Shown: one piece after another, positions 22,916 to 33,192 of the stretch
How positions within the stretch are numbered: position 1 is the first letter of the stretch
How the letters are laid out: each line of letters starts with the position of its first letter
Notes under the pieces: model-generated
The model's input: the letters and a program-made list of their open reading frames with translations, nothing else
Database searches by the model: none
Told to the model about the DNA's origin: nothing
DNA from: Thermodesulfobacteriota bacterium
GTDB lineage: Bacteria > Desulfobacterota_D > UBA1144 > Nemesobacterales > N074bin48
Length of the DNA stretch: 64,000 bases
Reading direction: 5' to 3'
Assembly (NCBI GenBank): GCA_041572575.1
Contig: JBFFSH010000002.1
Coordinates: 1 to 64,000, forward strand
Made by a program: the position numbers and the translations under genes

Positions 22916-23016
22916 TGAATACTAAGGATACCCTATCACAAACAGGTTATATCGAGAGTGTATAAATAGCAGGTAATAATATCAAGAACTACTAGAAATA
23001 ATTATTGCAGAGGTTT

Positions 23017-23955
23017 TTAAAATTCTTCTGTATCAGCGTCTTCAGTATCTTCCGTTTCTTCTTCTATGAAATCTTCTTGCAGGTCTTCATCTGGCTCTTC
23101 TTCAGCATCCACTTCATCTTCGTTTAGCTGGCCTTCATCTTCGCGAGCCTGCTCTAGCTCACCCTCTTGTCCATCTTCACCACTTGGTATTGTAAGGGTA
23201 ATTGTCTGTGTATAGCTACCACCGTCGGTATCAGTTGCTAAAATCTCTATATTAAATTCACTGCCGGGTTTTACTTCAGTATAATCCCACTCTATTAGAC
23301 CCGTAGCAGGCTCTATTTTCATTCCCTTGGGAGCTTTTTTAAGGCTAATTTCAACCTCATCGCCATCTGGATCTTCTGTCTCAACCTGGTATTCAAAAAA
23401 CTTTTTCTCTCCGATTATCTCTGCCGGAGGTTCCGAAGTAATGACAGGGGGTTGATTGGGTATTACAAATTCAGCCTCGGTTACAAATGAAACTTCAAGA
23501 TCAGTATTAGCGGGGATAACATTTACTGTAATTATATCGCCTTTTTTATATTCATCCAGCCATGGGATAGAATTCTCCAGTTCACCCTCAATCTCTTCGT
23601 TATTATGAAGCCACCTATATGTAATCTCAAAATTACTAACATCACCCTTTTTTAGAACTACAGCAACCTCTAACGTTTTAATACCATCTTCGCTGGTTAT
23701 AGTTTCAATGGTAATTGATTTTGTTTCGGGAAATGATAAATCAACTTCAGTAACATTCTGAGCTAACAGCTGCTCATCAATTTCTATATCATCGTCAACT
23801 AAAGCACCATCACCGGTAGTACTGCTTTTACTAGCACTACTTATATTATCCTTCTTTTTAGGAAGTACATCCTTTTCAAGATCTTCACCATAGCTACAGG
23901 ATGTAGTAAATAACAAGCAGCTGCAAAATAAAGCAGCTAAAGAAAAAGTCTTCAT
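23017..23955 (-). CDS. Putative lipoprotein with Ig/cadherin-like domain(s) and acidic tail
   Basis: Signal peptide with lipobox-like TTSC; NQPPVITSEP..DPDGD..PKGMKIEPATGLIEW; E/D-rich C-terminus. Confidence 0.7.
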   Translation of the reverse strand: MKTFSLAALFCSCLLFTTSCSYGEDLEKDVLPKKKDNISSASKSSTTGDGALVDDDIEIDEQLLAQNVTEVDLSFPETKSITIETITSEDGIKTLEVAVVLKKGDVSNFEITYRWLHNNEEIEGELENSIPWLDEYKKGDIITVNVIPANTDLEVSFVTEAEFVIPNQPPVITSEPPAEIIGEKKFFEYQVETEDPDGDEVEISLKKAPKGMKIEPATGLIEWDYTEVKPGSEFNIEILATDTDGGSYTQTITLTIPSGEDGQEGELEQAREDEGQLNEDEVDAEEEPDEDLQEDFIEEETEDTEDADTEEF

Positions 23956-23958
23956 AAG

Positions 23959-24147
23959 TTACCTCTTCTTATTTTTTTTCTGTTTTGACTTACTTGCATA
24001 GAGTTTTTTCTTCTTTTTCTCGCTTGGTTTTTCAAAGTAGGCTCTTTTCTTAAGTTCAAATAGAATTCCTTCTTTATTTATCATGCTTGAAAATCTTCTA
24101 AGCGCACTGTCAATTGTTTCACCGCTTTTTACAAAAACTACTGCCAT
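23959..24147 (-). CDS. rpsU: 30S ribosomal protein S21
   Basis: VFVKSGETIDSALRRF..YFEKPSEKKKKK. Confidence 0.9.
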   Translation of the reverse strand: MAVVFVKSGETIDSALRRFSSMINKEGILFELKKRAYFEKPSEKKKKKLYASKSKQKKNKKR

Positions 24148-24205
24148 ATACTCAACTCCTTATCTTGGTTTAAGCTATTTATAATAACATGGTTATAAGA
24201 AATTT

Positions 24206-25030
24206 TTAGTATGTGAATAAAAATATTAATGATGTAACGATAAAGCCTGCAAATAAAAGCTTAAAACAATTATATGCTATTCTATGCACGGGCTTAATAA
24301 ACACTATAACTGTAAGAAAAACACAGAATACAAAATAATAGTTTATAAAATTTCTTCCAATTTCCGCAAAATAATAAGCAGACAAGAATGCACTAAATAT
24401 GAATAGCAGTGTAAACCTCTTTCCAACAAATACACAAAAAGTGTTATGCCCTACTTTTTTATCCACTTCATAATCAACCACTGTACCAAATGCATGAATC
24501 GCAGCAACACAAAGCGCAACAAAATATATTTTAAGAGGTATGTTAAAAACCGTATCGCCAAAGCTGTAACCAAGGGCAAATACCAATAGGAATATCAACC
24601 CGTTTGATATAGAGTCTATAACCGGAATTTCTTTTAATCTATATTGTCCGGATGAATATTTATAAGATGTAAGCAAAAGAACAGAAGTAATAATAATATT
24701 TTCAATATTTAATGTTAGAGCTGAAGCCAATATCATCAGCACTGCTGTAACACCGGATATAACTACAATTAATCTCTTTTCCTCTCCTCCAATAGGAATA
24801 TTGCTTTTTCTTGGATTTAGCAGATCAGATTGATGATCGTATATATCATTTATACCAAAAAGTAAAATGGCATATGGGAATGAAAGTAATACCAACTCCA
24901 AAGAAGATATACTTGCCAAACCTGCTTTGGAATAATAAAGACCAGTAAGAAAAACAAGAGGAGCTATACTCCAGCCTACATATCTTGTTATTCTAAAAAT
25001 AAATATGTAAATATCTCTCGTTTTAATCAA
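24206..25030 (-). CDS. UbiA-family prenyltransferase (lycopene elongase CrtEb/LyeJ-like)
   Basis: GINDIYDHQSDLLNPRK, RLKEIPVIDSISN, HAFGTVVDYEVDKKVG. Confidence 0.8.
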   Translation of the reverse strand: MIKTRDIYIFIFRITRYVGWSIAPLVFLTGLYYSKAGLASISSLELVLLSFPYAILLFGINDIYDHQSDLLNPRKSNIPIGGEEKRLIVVISGVTAVLMILASALTLNIENIIITSVLLLTSYKYSSGQYRLKEIPVIDSISNGLIFLLVFALGYSFGDTVFNIPLKIYFVALCVAAIHAFGTVVDYEVDKKVGHNTFCVFVGKRFTLLFIFSAFLSAYYFAEIGRNFINYYFVFCVFLTVIVFIKPVHRIAYNCFKLLFAGFIVTSLIFLFTY

Positions 25031-25045
25031 ACTATGCCGAGAATT

Positions 25046-25579
25046 TTACTCGTCTTCTACCTGTGAGCAGCTGGTGCCATCCCAGTGACCCTGAATAGTC
25101 GCAATTCTGCCAAGTGCGCTCACAAATACCTGCCCGCACCTATCCGTACCAGTGCCTGCATTTGCTATTACAAGTACATTATCTGAAGGGCTGGCAATTC
25201 CATTGGGCTTAAACTCAAAAAATGCCGGAAGGTTTGATATTATAACAGAAGTATCTATTTTAACACTCAATACACCATTATCGGCTGTCTGCCATACCGT
25301 AGAATCAATATTGCTGTCACCTCTGTGAGTTATTATCTCAAGTTCATTCCCATTATTAACAAATACAGTTCTAAATTCTACTCCGTTTTTTGCAGCCTGC
25401 AGTTTTGTGAGCTGAAGCGAATTAGACACACGAGTTGTTACCGAATCTACATTCCTTCTATACGCAGCCTTAATCGAGAATGCCCCTGCTAGAGCTAAAA
25501 TGATGACGACAATACCAACCACCACGATAACTTCCATAAGGGTAAAGCCCTTTTCTTTATTTCGTCTGGTCATTTCCAT
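25046..25579 (-). CDS. FimT/FimU/GspH-like minor pilin
   Basis: Prepilin site KG/FTLMEVIVVV; C-terminal Cys pair; LGRI. Confidence 0.85.
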   Translation of the reverse strand: MEMTRRNKEKGFTLMEVIVVVGIVVIILALAGAFSIKAAYRRNVDSVTTRVSNSLQLTKLQAAKNGVEFRTVFVNNGNELEIITHRGDSNIDSTVWQTADNGVLSVKIDTSVIISNLPAFFEFKPNGIASPSDNVLVIANAGTGTDRCGQVFVSALGRIATIQGHWDGTSCSQVEDE

Positions 25580-25593
25580 GATCTAAATATACA

Positions 25594-28500
25594 CTATATA
25601 ACCTCTTCCCAATAGAGTGTCTGTGTCGCTGCTGGGAATTGAAATAATTCCCATAACAAAAATTGAGCCCCTCCAACTACACCACTTCCGGAAAATGCCA
25701 GACTCATAGTTATCGTATTGTTTGAGTATGATAAACTAGGCGGTGTGGGCATGCCTTCACCACCCTCAACACCGGCGATACTACCGTCACCACCTACTAA
25801 AGCTTCTGCACCCGGTACTCTTGATAGTGCTGCCGCTCCTGTAATGAAATCTATTCCGAAAATCCTTCCAGAACCTAGTCCGGCAGAACATTCTTCAACC
25901 TCACCTGATTGCGGAACAAATGTTGTAAACAGCAACAGTCCGCTTACCACAATTGGAGTACCAATACCTATTTCGCCACCTTCTGTACAACCTGCAAGAC
26001 TTGTATTGCAGCCATTTGCATACTTCACAAGAAATTCACCAGAATTTATGTTACTCGAAGGTCCATTAATCGAAAATGTATCGGGTCCGCCAGATATTGT
26101 AAGTATAGTTCCAATAGTTGATCCGTCTCCGATAATATCATTTACAGTTTTAAAAGTATCAATCGTACTAGCCCCCGAACCTCTCTGGAATGAAGGAATA
26201 TACTCATCAATAAAATTATAAAGATATCCAAATGTATTTTCATTCGACGGCCAGCCCCTGTCACCTGTCTGGAATATAACATGCCTTCTGCCCAGATTGT
26301 CTAGAACCGTAGTAGGAGCAAAATATATTGGAAACAATGTATCAGAAGCTACAGGGTTTCTTAGATCATCAGTCATGGAAAGACATGTATTTATTGCAGT
26401 ACCAGGAGGATCCTCAGCATCGGGATCATTTGCGCAGAATACAGGTTCACCCGTCCAATCAGGAGCCGAAAATTCAAGAGCCGTACTTTTTATACCAGTA
26501 TCCTGAGCAATAGTAATGCCGGCTTCTATAGGCTCTGAAACATCAAATCTCCACATCCTGCCGCATTTATCACCAAGATATACCAGGTCTATATAACCAT
26601 CTGAATTTATATCTACTACATTTGGATCGCCCGTAGTATCGCATACAAAGTTACTATTATCATTTTCATTAAACTTAAATATAATCTCCCCAGTTGCCAC
26701 ATCTATAGCATAAAATGAATCACCTTTATAAGTAGGTTCTTCGTAGTTTAACAAGCCGTTCATAGCTTCATTTGCCGGAGTATCAGGATGGTCATCATCT
26801 CCTGTAGGATTTGTAAAGACCGGCTCTAAACCGCCGCCGGCAAAGAGCACCCATCTGTCCGTAGTAAATCCATCTGGTTCATACTTTATCCTGACCCTTC
26901 CTACCTTGGGCTGTGACCATGAATTGCCCATATCTCTGTCAAATATAGTCCACAGATGCTCAGGATAATCAGGCCCATTTGCAAATCTCTTTGTGGGAGC
27001 CGTACAATCGGCATCTGCACATTTGACGTTTGTAATATCAAGCGCAGTAAAACCTCCGCCTCCGTTTCTAAAACCCGAGACTAACACCGTGTGCCATTCC
27101 CTTCCACAGTCATCTATAATACCATCAGGATGAGGTCCTGAATCATATGGATCTGCTATTACAATTGGGTCTTTACAGTATGGCAACCCGTTTGTCTGAT
27201 CACTCTGACCATCTAGAAATACATCAATAATGAAAGGTGTGCCGTCAAAAAATGATCTTTGAAAATTTCTTTGATCATTTAGTAAATTTGCTCCAAGATG
27301 ACCAAGGGCGAGATTCTTTTCGACAAGTGTTTTGAAGTCACCAAACCTGAAATCGGGTAAAGGCTCTGTAGATGAAGTTATCAGAGTAGAATCCTGCAAA
27401 GAAATTGGGGTTGTAGGATCATAGTTGAGAGGAAGCACTCCCGGAAATATAGTTCTTGTTATATCAGTAACTCCATCAAAATCGGTGTCCGACGTGCCAT
27501 CAGGAGCTATCGAATCTGTAAGAAATGTAGGTGGCGCAAATCCAAAAAATTCATTACCCGTTCCTTCATCTACAAAAGGAAGCGTCTCAGTAATACCAGT
27601 AAAGGGGTTCTTCTTATCTGCTGCTGAGAGAGTACCATCATTAATTACATCGATAAATTCTCCACCGTGGAAAGCATGTAAAAATCCGTCATTAGCACCG
27701 GCATAGATAACTGCGCTACGGTCTCTAAGGGTCTGAGCAAATACAGGAAATCCTGTATCAAAAAATAGGAGTGATGGGGCCTGTACAATCTTTGCCTGTG
27801 AATTAAAGATATCTCCAAGCCTTCTCTCACACTGAGCAAGACTGCTTATAAGGCTTGCATCTGTAACAACATTAGTATTAGTCACCTCAAGGTCAGGACA
27901 TCCGCAACCTATAGCCCCTCTGGTCGTATTATCTAAAATATTTGACGAGCATGACTCCAGAGTTGGTTCACCAAAGTTGTCGCGTACAGGAAGTAATCCG
28001 GTGTGTCCGGTCATAAAATCAACGATTTTATTTCTCAGACATTTTTCTTTTATACATGTTTTACAGGCTGATGTGAGCGGTGTTGGTGGCGAAGTATCAC
28101 ATACTCCAACGCCTCCACAGCCGTCAGAAGAAGCGTCTGCAGCGATATCACTGCATATTGATATTACAGACTCAACCCCAGCAGGATCAACATCCAGATC
28201 ACTTATGCCAAACACTTCCGGATCCAGAGCTCTGCTGAATGCTACAATACCAGATGTGTAGATAATAGCATCAAACTCACCGGAGCCAGTGTTATCTATT
28301 TGCAGTGTACCAAATGAAGTAGAATCTCCTACCGTAAGCAGGTTTCTTGAAGTTGCAGAAGATACAATATCTCTTTCAGCAAGCAATTTACCTGCATCCC
28401 AGAAAAACTCTTCGGCGTTGGAACTAAGTGCCCCGGTATCAGTAAAGATATTAGCAGATCTTAATGCTTCTGGATCAAGACTATTTCCATCCAGAAATTC

Positions 28501-31257
28501 ACCATCTGACCTTGGTTTTCTTACAATGATTTTAGTGCCCGGATTATCGGGATCATCCAAAAAGCCAAATAGAGCCAGTCTTCCCTGCCATATAGGCTCA
28601 CCTATAGTTGGAGTAAAACTTGGCAGCAGCACCCTGTCTCTAAGACCAATAGCAGTTACCGATGGCGGCACCTGCGGAGCCTGACCTACTGCAGAAAAGC
28701 CTTTTGTAAAATCAAATATTGCCTCCAGTGCGGCAATGAGTTCAGCTGGATTATCTACAAAAAATGCAAAACTTTGTCCAACATTAGTTCTTGTAAAAGC
28801 TGTTGGCAGGTCTGTACCGGCAGTTCCTGTAAAAAAGTCGTTATCAAATACATCTGTACCATTCCATGAACAAGACCCGGTTTCGTTTGGAGTTTGACAA
28901 CCTGATAAGGTTACACCTAGTGGATTATTACTAAAATCTCCACCGCTGTGTTCCATTTCTGCCATTTCCAGCACCCAGGGAAAACTAGATCTTATCTCGG
29001 TTATATCTGCTTTTGGAAGCACAGCAGGAACTCCAGGGCTTCCATCCAGATCTTTTTGTCCTGAAATAAAACCCTGCGGATGTCGGTGTAATAGTAAGCC
29101 CGTAGTATGTGTTCCACCCAAAAGCGCTGCAGCATTTAATGTTCTAACAGCCTGGGGATTGTCCTTTACTCCCCAACCAATAAAAAATGACATTACTTCA
29201 GTATTAAACTCATTACCTTGTACTGGTTTTCTTGCAAAATGAGTCCTTGAAAAACTTGCGGCCTGCAGGGTACTTCTTCTGTTAGAATTTCCTGTTGCCG
29301 GAGCAAGAGTGTTGTCGCAGGTACCAGACGATGAATCCCCACCAGCATCCATATCCATACCAGTACCAGTTGTACCAAAAGCCTGATTAGAATTACAGTC
29401 TCCAGAGCAGTTATCTTCACCGTCTGTAATAAAAACAGAAAAATGCGCTTTACATGCAGCATTTTCCTTATCGGAATTTAATGTAACCCTGTATATACCT
29501 AAAACATCATTTTTGGTACCAGTATTTTCAGGATTGGTATCATCGAGTCCTATCGCACTTGCTAAAGGGGTACGGCCGCTGGGTCTTCTGTTGCCAAGTT
29601 CGCCAAATACATTATTAAATTTCTCATTACTCATACCGGCTCCACCACCCTGATCGGTATTAAAAGAATTGTTATCATCACACTCATCAATCCCTGCATA
29701 ATTACCAATATTTACTCTAAAAGGGGCAAGGGCTTCATCTGCACTATCGAGCTGATCCCCTATCTTTGCATCCCCAGTTACAACCGGCATAGAACCACCA
29801 CCGGTAATATCGGGAATGTCTCCAAGATCTCTAAATGGAGTGTTTAAATAATTAAAGCAGCTAATAGGGCTTGTTGTACCATTAAACAATCTTGGAGTAT
29901 CAGTACAAGTAGAGTTTTTTATAGAGTTGTCCCTGTCGAGCACCTGAGCTAAAACGGTCATCATGGCATCTGCCCTGGTACTACCATTTTGACCAGGTGA
30001 GCAAAAATCACCATCTGTTCCACCGGAGGTACAGGATTTTACAAATGGCTGCTTTTGTGTAGCTGTTTCCATGCAGGCAATAAACCTGTCAACCTCATGT
30101 GTTGTTACTTCCATTGCACCCGATCCTATTCCAAGTGCGGTATTGTTATTACAGGAATGATCTTCAAGCGTGCCCGATGGGTTTACCTGGTTAATAAGGT
30201 TAGGGCTCCCTTCTGTACCAAAACCGCTGCCCTGCAAAGTTATACAGTGCTGAGCACCGCATGTTTTATAATCGCTAGGCATAGTTTTTGTTTCTGCCCA
30301 AAGAAAGTTAGAATAGTTATCCATTGCTGCCGCTGCCCAGATTCTTTCTCTGTCAGTCATACAGCCAGTATTCAATGTACTTTTTAAAGAAGTTACTATG
30401 TCCGTGTCACCAAGTCCTGAACCAAGAATTGTACTAACTGTCGTGCTGTCTCCGCAATTTACATCAGCGGCATTAGCTAAAACAGATATTACTATTGTTT
30501 CATCAGAAGTTGTTGGGCAAGTAGGACACAAAACATCAGAATATGCAATATCTATACAGTTTATAAATTCCCCAAAATCAACAGGGTCTTCACATGTACC
30601 AAATTTTGATCTATTACATGCCCTTGAACCACAGCCACCAAACACTCCCTCAAATGCAATGCCGCTGTTAAATCGTTCCACAATCCCATCAGTTGTTCTC
30701 ATAATAGTAGTATCCGGTCTTAAATCAGTAGACGTTATGGTTATAGTATCGCCGCTGTTAAGAAGATAAGCATTGTGAATAACACCACCGTCTTTATCTA
30801 CTAATTCAGTTGTTATTCCGGCAGCATTAGCAGCACAGTGGGCAATTGCAAATCCTTCAGGATCTCCACTAGAAACATTGTCAATTTTCTGCCTCAAAGC
30901 ACAGGTGCCGGCAATACAAACGCTGTTATCACCGTCTGAAGCAAAACCATCACAATTGGAAACAGTATCATCATCTACAGTATAAGACTGATCCCAGTTG
31001 CCGGTCTGCACACCGGCTGGGTTAGTACCCATTGATTGAGAATAATCAATATATAGCAAGAGATTCGAATTACCGCCGATAGTAGTGCCTCGAAACAGAT
31101 TAAGGTCCTCAACTTCATTTTCATTTATGGGGGGTCTTGGAAGAGACTGAGCCTTTGTATTGTCTACATATAGCAAAATGGATAATGCCGTAAGAAATAA
31201 AAATCCTAAAATTAAAATAAATAATTTTTCTTTATTCTTGCTAAACTTAGTAAACAT
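25594..31257 (-). CDS. pilY1: PilY1/PilC-like pilus tip adhesin, 1887 aa, Cys-rich
   Basis: Signal peptide; vWA-like DYSQS and FITDGED; beta-propeller motifs WDAG, LGDIFNS, YAGANDGFLHAF, WSQP, DINSDGYID, GRMWRFD, FTTF. Confidence 0.88.
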   Translation of the reverse strand: MFTKFSKNKEKLFILILGFLFLTALSILLYVDNTKAQSLPRPPINENEVEDLNLFRGTTIGGNSNLLLYIDYSQSMGTNPAGVQTGNWDQSYTVDDDTVSNCDGFASDGDNSVCIAGTCALRQKIDNVSSGDPEGFAIAHCAANAAGITTELVDKDGGVIHNAYLLNSGDTITITSTDLRPDTTIMRTTDGIVERFNSGIAFEGVFGGCGSRACNRSKFGTCEDPVDFGEFINCIDIAYSDVLCPTCPTTSDETIVISVLANAADVNCGDSTTVSTILGSGLGDTDIVTSLKSTLNTGCMTDRERIWAAAAMDNYSNFLWAETKTMPSDYKTCGAQHCITLQGSGFGTEGSPNLINQVNPSGTLEDHSCNNNTALGIGSGAMEVTTHEVDRFIACMETATQKQPFVKSCTSGGTDGDFCSPGQNGSTRADAMMTVLAQVLDRDNSIKNSTCTDTPRLFNGTTSPISCFNYLNTPFRDLGDIPDITGGGSMPVVTGDAKIGDQLDSADEALAPFRVNIGNYAGIDECDDNNSFNTDQGGGAGMSNEKFNNVFGELGNRRPSGRTPLASAIGLDDTNPENTGTKNDVLGIYRVTLNSDKENAACKAHFSVFITDGEDNCSGDCNSNQAFGTTGTGMDMDAGGDSSSGTCDNTLAPATGNSNRRSTLQAASFSRTHFARKPVQGNEFNTEVMSFFIGWGVKDNPQAVRTLNAAALLGGTHTTGLLLHRHPQGFISGQKDLDGSPGVPAVLPKADITEIRSSFPWVLEMAEMEHSGGDFSNNPLGVTLSGCQTPNETGSCSWNGTDVFDNDFFTGTAGTDLPTAFTRTNVGQSFAFFVDNPAELIAALEAIFDFTKGFSAVGQAPQVPPSVTAIGLRDRVLLPSFTPTIGEPIWQGRLALFGFLDDPDNPGTKIIVRKPRSDGEFLDGNSLDPEALRSANIFTDTGALSSNAEEFFWDAGKLLAERDIVSSATSRNLLTVGDSTSFGTLQIDNTGSGEFDAIIYTSGIVAFSRALDPEVFGISDLDVDPAGVESVISICSDIAADASSDGCGGVGVCDTSPPTPLTSACKTCIKEKCLRNKIVDFMTGHTGLLPVRDNFGEPTLESCSSNILDNTTRGAIGCGCPDLEVTNTNVVTDASLISSLAQCERRLGDIFNSQAKIVQAPSLLFFDTGFPVFAQTLRDRSAVIYAGANDGFLHAFHGGEFIDVINDGTLSAADKKNPFTGITETLPFVDEGTGNEFFGFAPPTFLTDSIAPDGTSDTDFDGVTDITRTIFPGVLPLNYDPTTPISLQDSTLITSSTEPLPDFRFGDFKTLVEKNLALGHLGANLLNDQRNFQRSFFDGTPFIIDVFLDGQSDQTNGLPYCKDPIVIADPYDSGPHPDGIIDDCGREWHTVLVSGFRNGGGGFTALDITNVKCADADCTAPTKRFANGPDYPEHLWTIFDRDMGNSWSQPKVGRVRIKYEPDGFTTDRWVLFAGGGLEPVFTNPTGDDDHPDTPANEAMNGLLNYEEPTYKGDSFYAIDVATGEIIFKFNENDNSNFVCDTTGDPNVVDINSDGYIDLVYLGDKCGRMWRFDVSEPIEAGITIAQDTGIKSTALEFSAPDWTGEPVFCANDPDAEDPPGTAINTCLSMTDDLRNPVASDTLFPIYFAPTTVLDNLGRRHVIFQTGDRGWPSNENTFGYLYNFIDEYIPSFQRGSGASTIDTFKTVNDIIGDGSTIGTILTISGGPDTFSINGPSSNINSGEFLVKYANGCNTSLAGCTEGGEIGIGTPIVVSGLLLFTTFVPQSGEVEECSAGLGSGRIFGIDFITGAAALSRVPGAEALVGGDGSIAGVEGGEGMPTPPSLSYSNNTITMSLAFSGSGVVGGAQFLLWELFQFPAATQTLYWEEVI

Positions 31258-31879
31258 TGGTTCCTCCTAGCAAAAAAGCTTCTACGCCGGTTGCAAGCTG
31301 CGTACCGGTATTTACCTGAATTTCTTCATCATTCTTGTCCCTATCCTTAGCATCCTTACCTATCACAGTGAAAACAATGGGTGTTGCCTGAGGATTAGAT
31401 GGTGAAGCCGCGTCTTTACTGAATCCTCTAAGATCTCTTGCAATAGATTTTGCATCCTCGGGAAATTCAAATATCGGATCTATACTCGCTACAACAGTAC
31501 TGTCCATAAGCCTGCTTCCCGATCTGCATTTTGCTCCAATACCGTCAGAATCTTTTATAAGGTTGCTGTTGCTATCTGCAATATCTATATCCAGAGGCTC
31601 TATCAACGGGTCTGTAGATTTTTGAGAAGCCTGCTTGAAAAGCAAGAAAGCAAGTCCTTCCTGTGCAATCTGGCGCCTCGTTTCATTTACACATGTTTCT
31701 GCCGCAAGAAAAGCTTCCTGCCCCCTTTTAAAATTGGTCATTGTCTGAAAATCAGTATTTGACAAAAACGATACCGAAATTGCCATAACAGACATAACAA
31801 GTAGCATTACAAGAGCTATAATAAGGGCTATACCACTTTCATCGGATAGGTTTATATTTGTTTTTTCTTCAATTCTCAT
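31247..31879 (-). CDS. pilX: PilX-like minor pilin
   Basis: ESG/IALIIALVMLLVMS (no Glu5); AFLAAE motif. Confidence 0.85.
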   Translation of the reverse strand: MRIEEKTNINLSDESGIALIIALVMLLVMSVMAISVSFLSNTDFQTMTNFKRGQEAFLAAETCVNETRRQIAQEGLAFLLFKQASQKSTDPLIEPLDIDIADSNSNLIKDSDGIGAKCRSGSRLMDSTVVASIDPIFEFPEDAKSIARDLRGFSKDAASPSNPQATPIVFTVIGKDAKDRDKNDEEIQVNTGTQLATGVEAFLLGGTNVY

Positions 31880-31914
31880 ACAATCTTCCTTTACTTAAAA
31901 TTTATATTCTGGAA

Positions 31915-33182
31915 TTATCCAAATTCTTCTCTTCCCAAATTTCTTAAATAAACAACCGTATTAAAAACCTTGTATATAAATCCCTCACCCAAACTTGAAT
32001 GAGACGTAGGCCTGCTTTCAACATCACCAAGAGCTTCGATGGTCTGTGAGGGTATCCTGTTTCCGCTAATAAGCTGGGGTTTGAGCCTGGATCGAACAAC
32101 CAGATATATCTCGACAGTTCTTGTATCCATTTGCCTGCCTCGCATATCCCCATTGTATGATAAACTCGTATCACTGCTTATTGACGTAAAATCAGCAAAT
32201 TGCCTTATGGCTTCATCATCATCAAAAGGTTGCATACCTACTCTTGTAATACCACCATCAGCATCTTGAAGATTAAAGACAAACTGCAGATCAACAATTC
32301 CAGCACCGACCTGAACATCATCTCCAACAGTTGTATCATCATCCAACTCTCCACCTGCTATTGCCTGAAATGTAGGTGAGCCATTTTCGCTCATAACAAG
32401 AGCGTTATCATTTCTTATTGCAAATGTTCTTGATTTTACTATGGACATTTCAGATGGAACACCGGCAATCCTTGGTATGAAAAAGTTATTGGCAAATACT
32501 GAGAAATCAGTAAAGTCAGCTATTTGAAAGTTTTGTGATAAAATTGAATTTACACCGCTTATCGTTGCGCGCCTTGTGGACGTATTGAGGCTGTTCATTT
32601 TTAAAATCACACCACACTCAGTACACTGTTCGGGTGTAGTGAGACAAATATTAGGGTCCGCTGGATTGCATAAACTTCCTCTTGACCAAAAACCTATAAG
32701 ATCTCCGCTTTCGATCACAGCAGGATCAGAAACGGGGGGGAACCAGCCATCAACATTTACTACGATATTGCTTCCAACTAGAGTTCCTTTACCGGATAAT
32801 ACTGTTGATTGAATTTCATCGTTTTTGAAGCCCGCAGTAATATCCCAGGTATATAATGTAAGACAATCAGGAGGGGCATCCTGCCCTACATCAGTTGTAT
32901 TAGCGTCACAAAATGGATAGAACCACTGCCTCCGTTAACAAAATCAAAAGCAACTGTTTTTCCCTGACGTGCGCCAGAGTTTCTAATCTCTGTAGCAATA
33001 AAATCAAGCGCAATCCTGCCAGTTTGATCTACATCTACCCCCTGAGAGGTTAGATTGAACTGTCTTTGTTGATGCATAAGAATTGTCACGAGTGCAGTAA
33101 AAACGATAGACAAAATCGCTACAGCAACTAGCAGCTCTATGATTGTGTATCCATAACTATTTTTCATATTTTTAATATACAT
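31915..33182 (-). pseudogene. pilW: PilW-like minor pilin, frameshifted
   Basis: The N-terminal ORF 32886-33182 (G/YTIIELLVA..EIRNSG) and C-terminal ORF 31915-32718 (IVDLQF, VYLRN) join if 1 nt is added between 32889 and 32934, giving about 422 aa. Confidence 0.82.
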
Positions 33183-33192
33183 ATTTTTTTGA

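Noticed and set aside
25315..25325. RGD tripeptide in the FimT-like pilin as an integrin-binding motif
   Set aside because: A 3-residue match is expected by chance and there is no host-association context.
28040..30535. CPTC and CKTC in PilY1 as heme c sites (conductive pilus)
   Set aside because: Neither is followed by His (no CxxCH); disulfides or metal sites are more likely.
32734..32740. G7 tract in pilW as a phase-variation switch
   Set aside because: It lies about 150 nt downstream of the interval that must contain the frameshift, and the frame reads through it normally.
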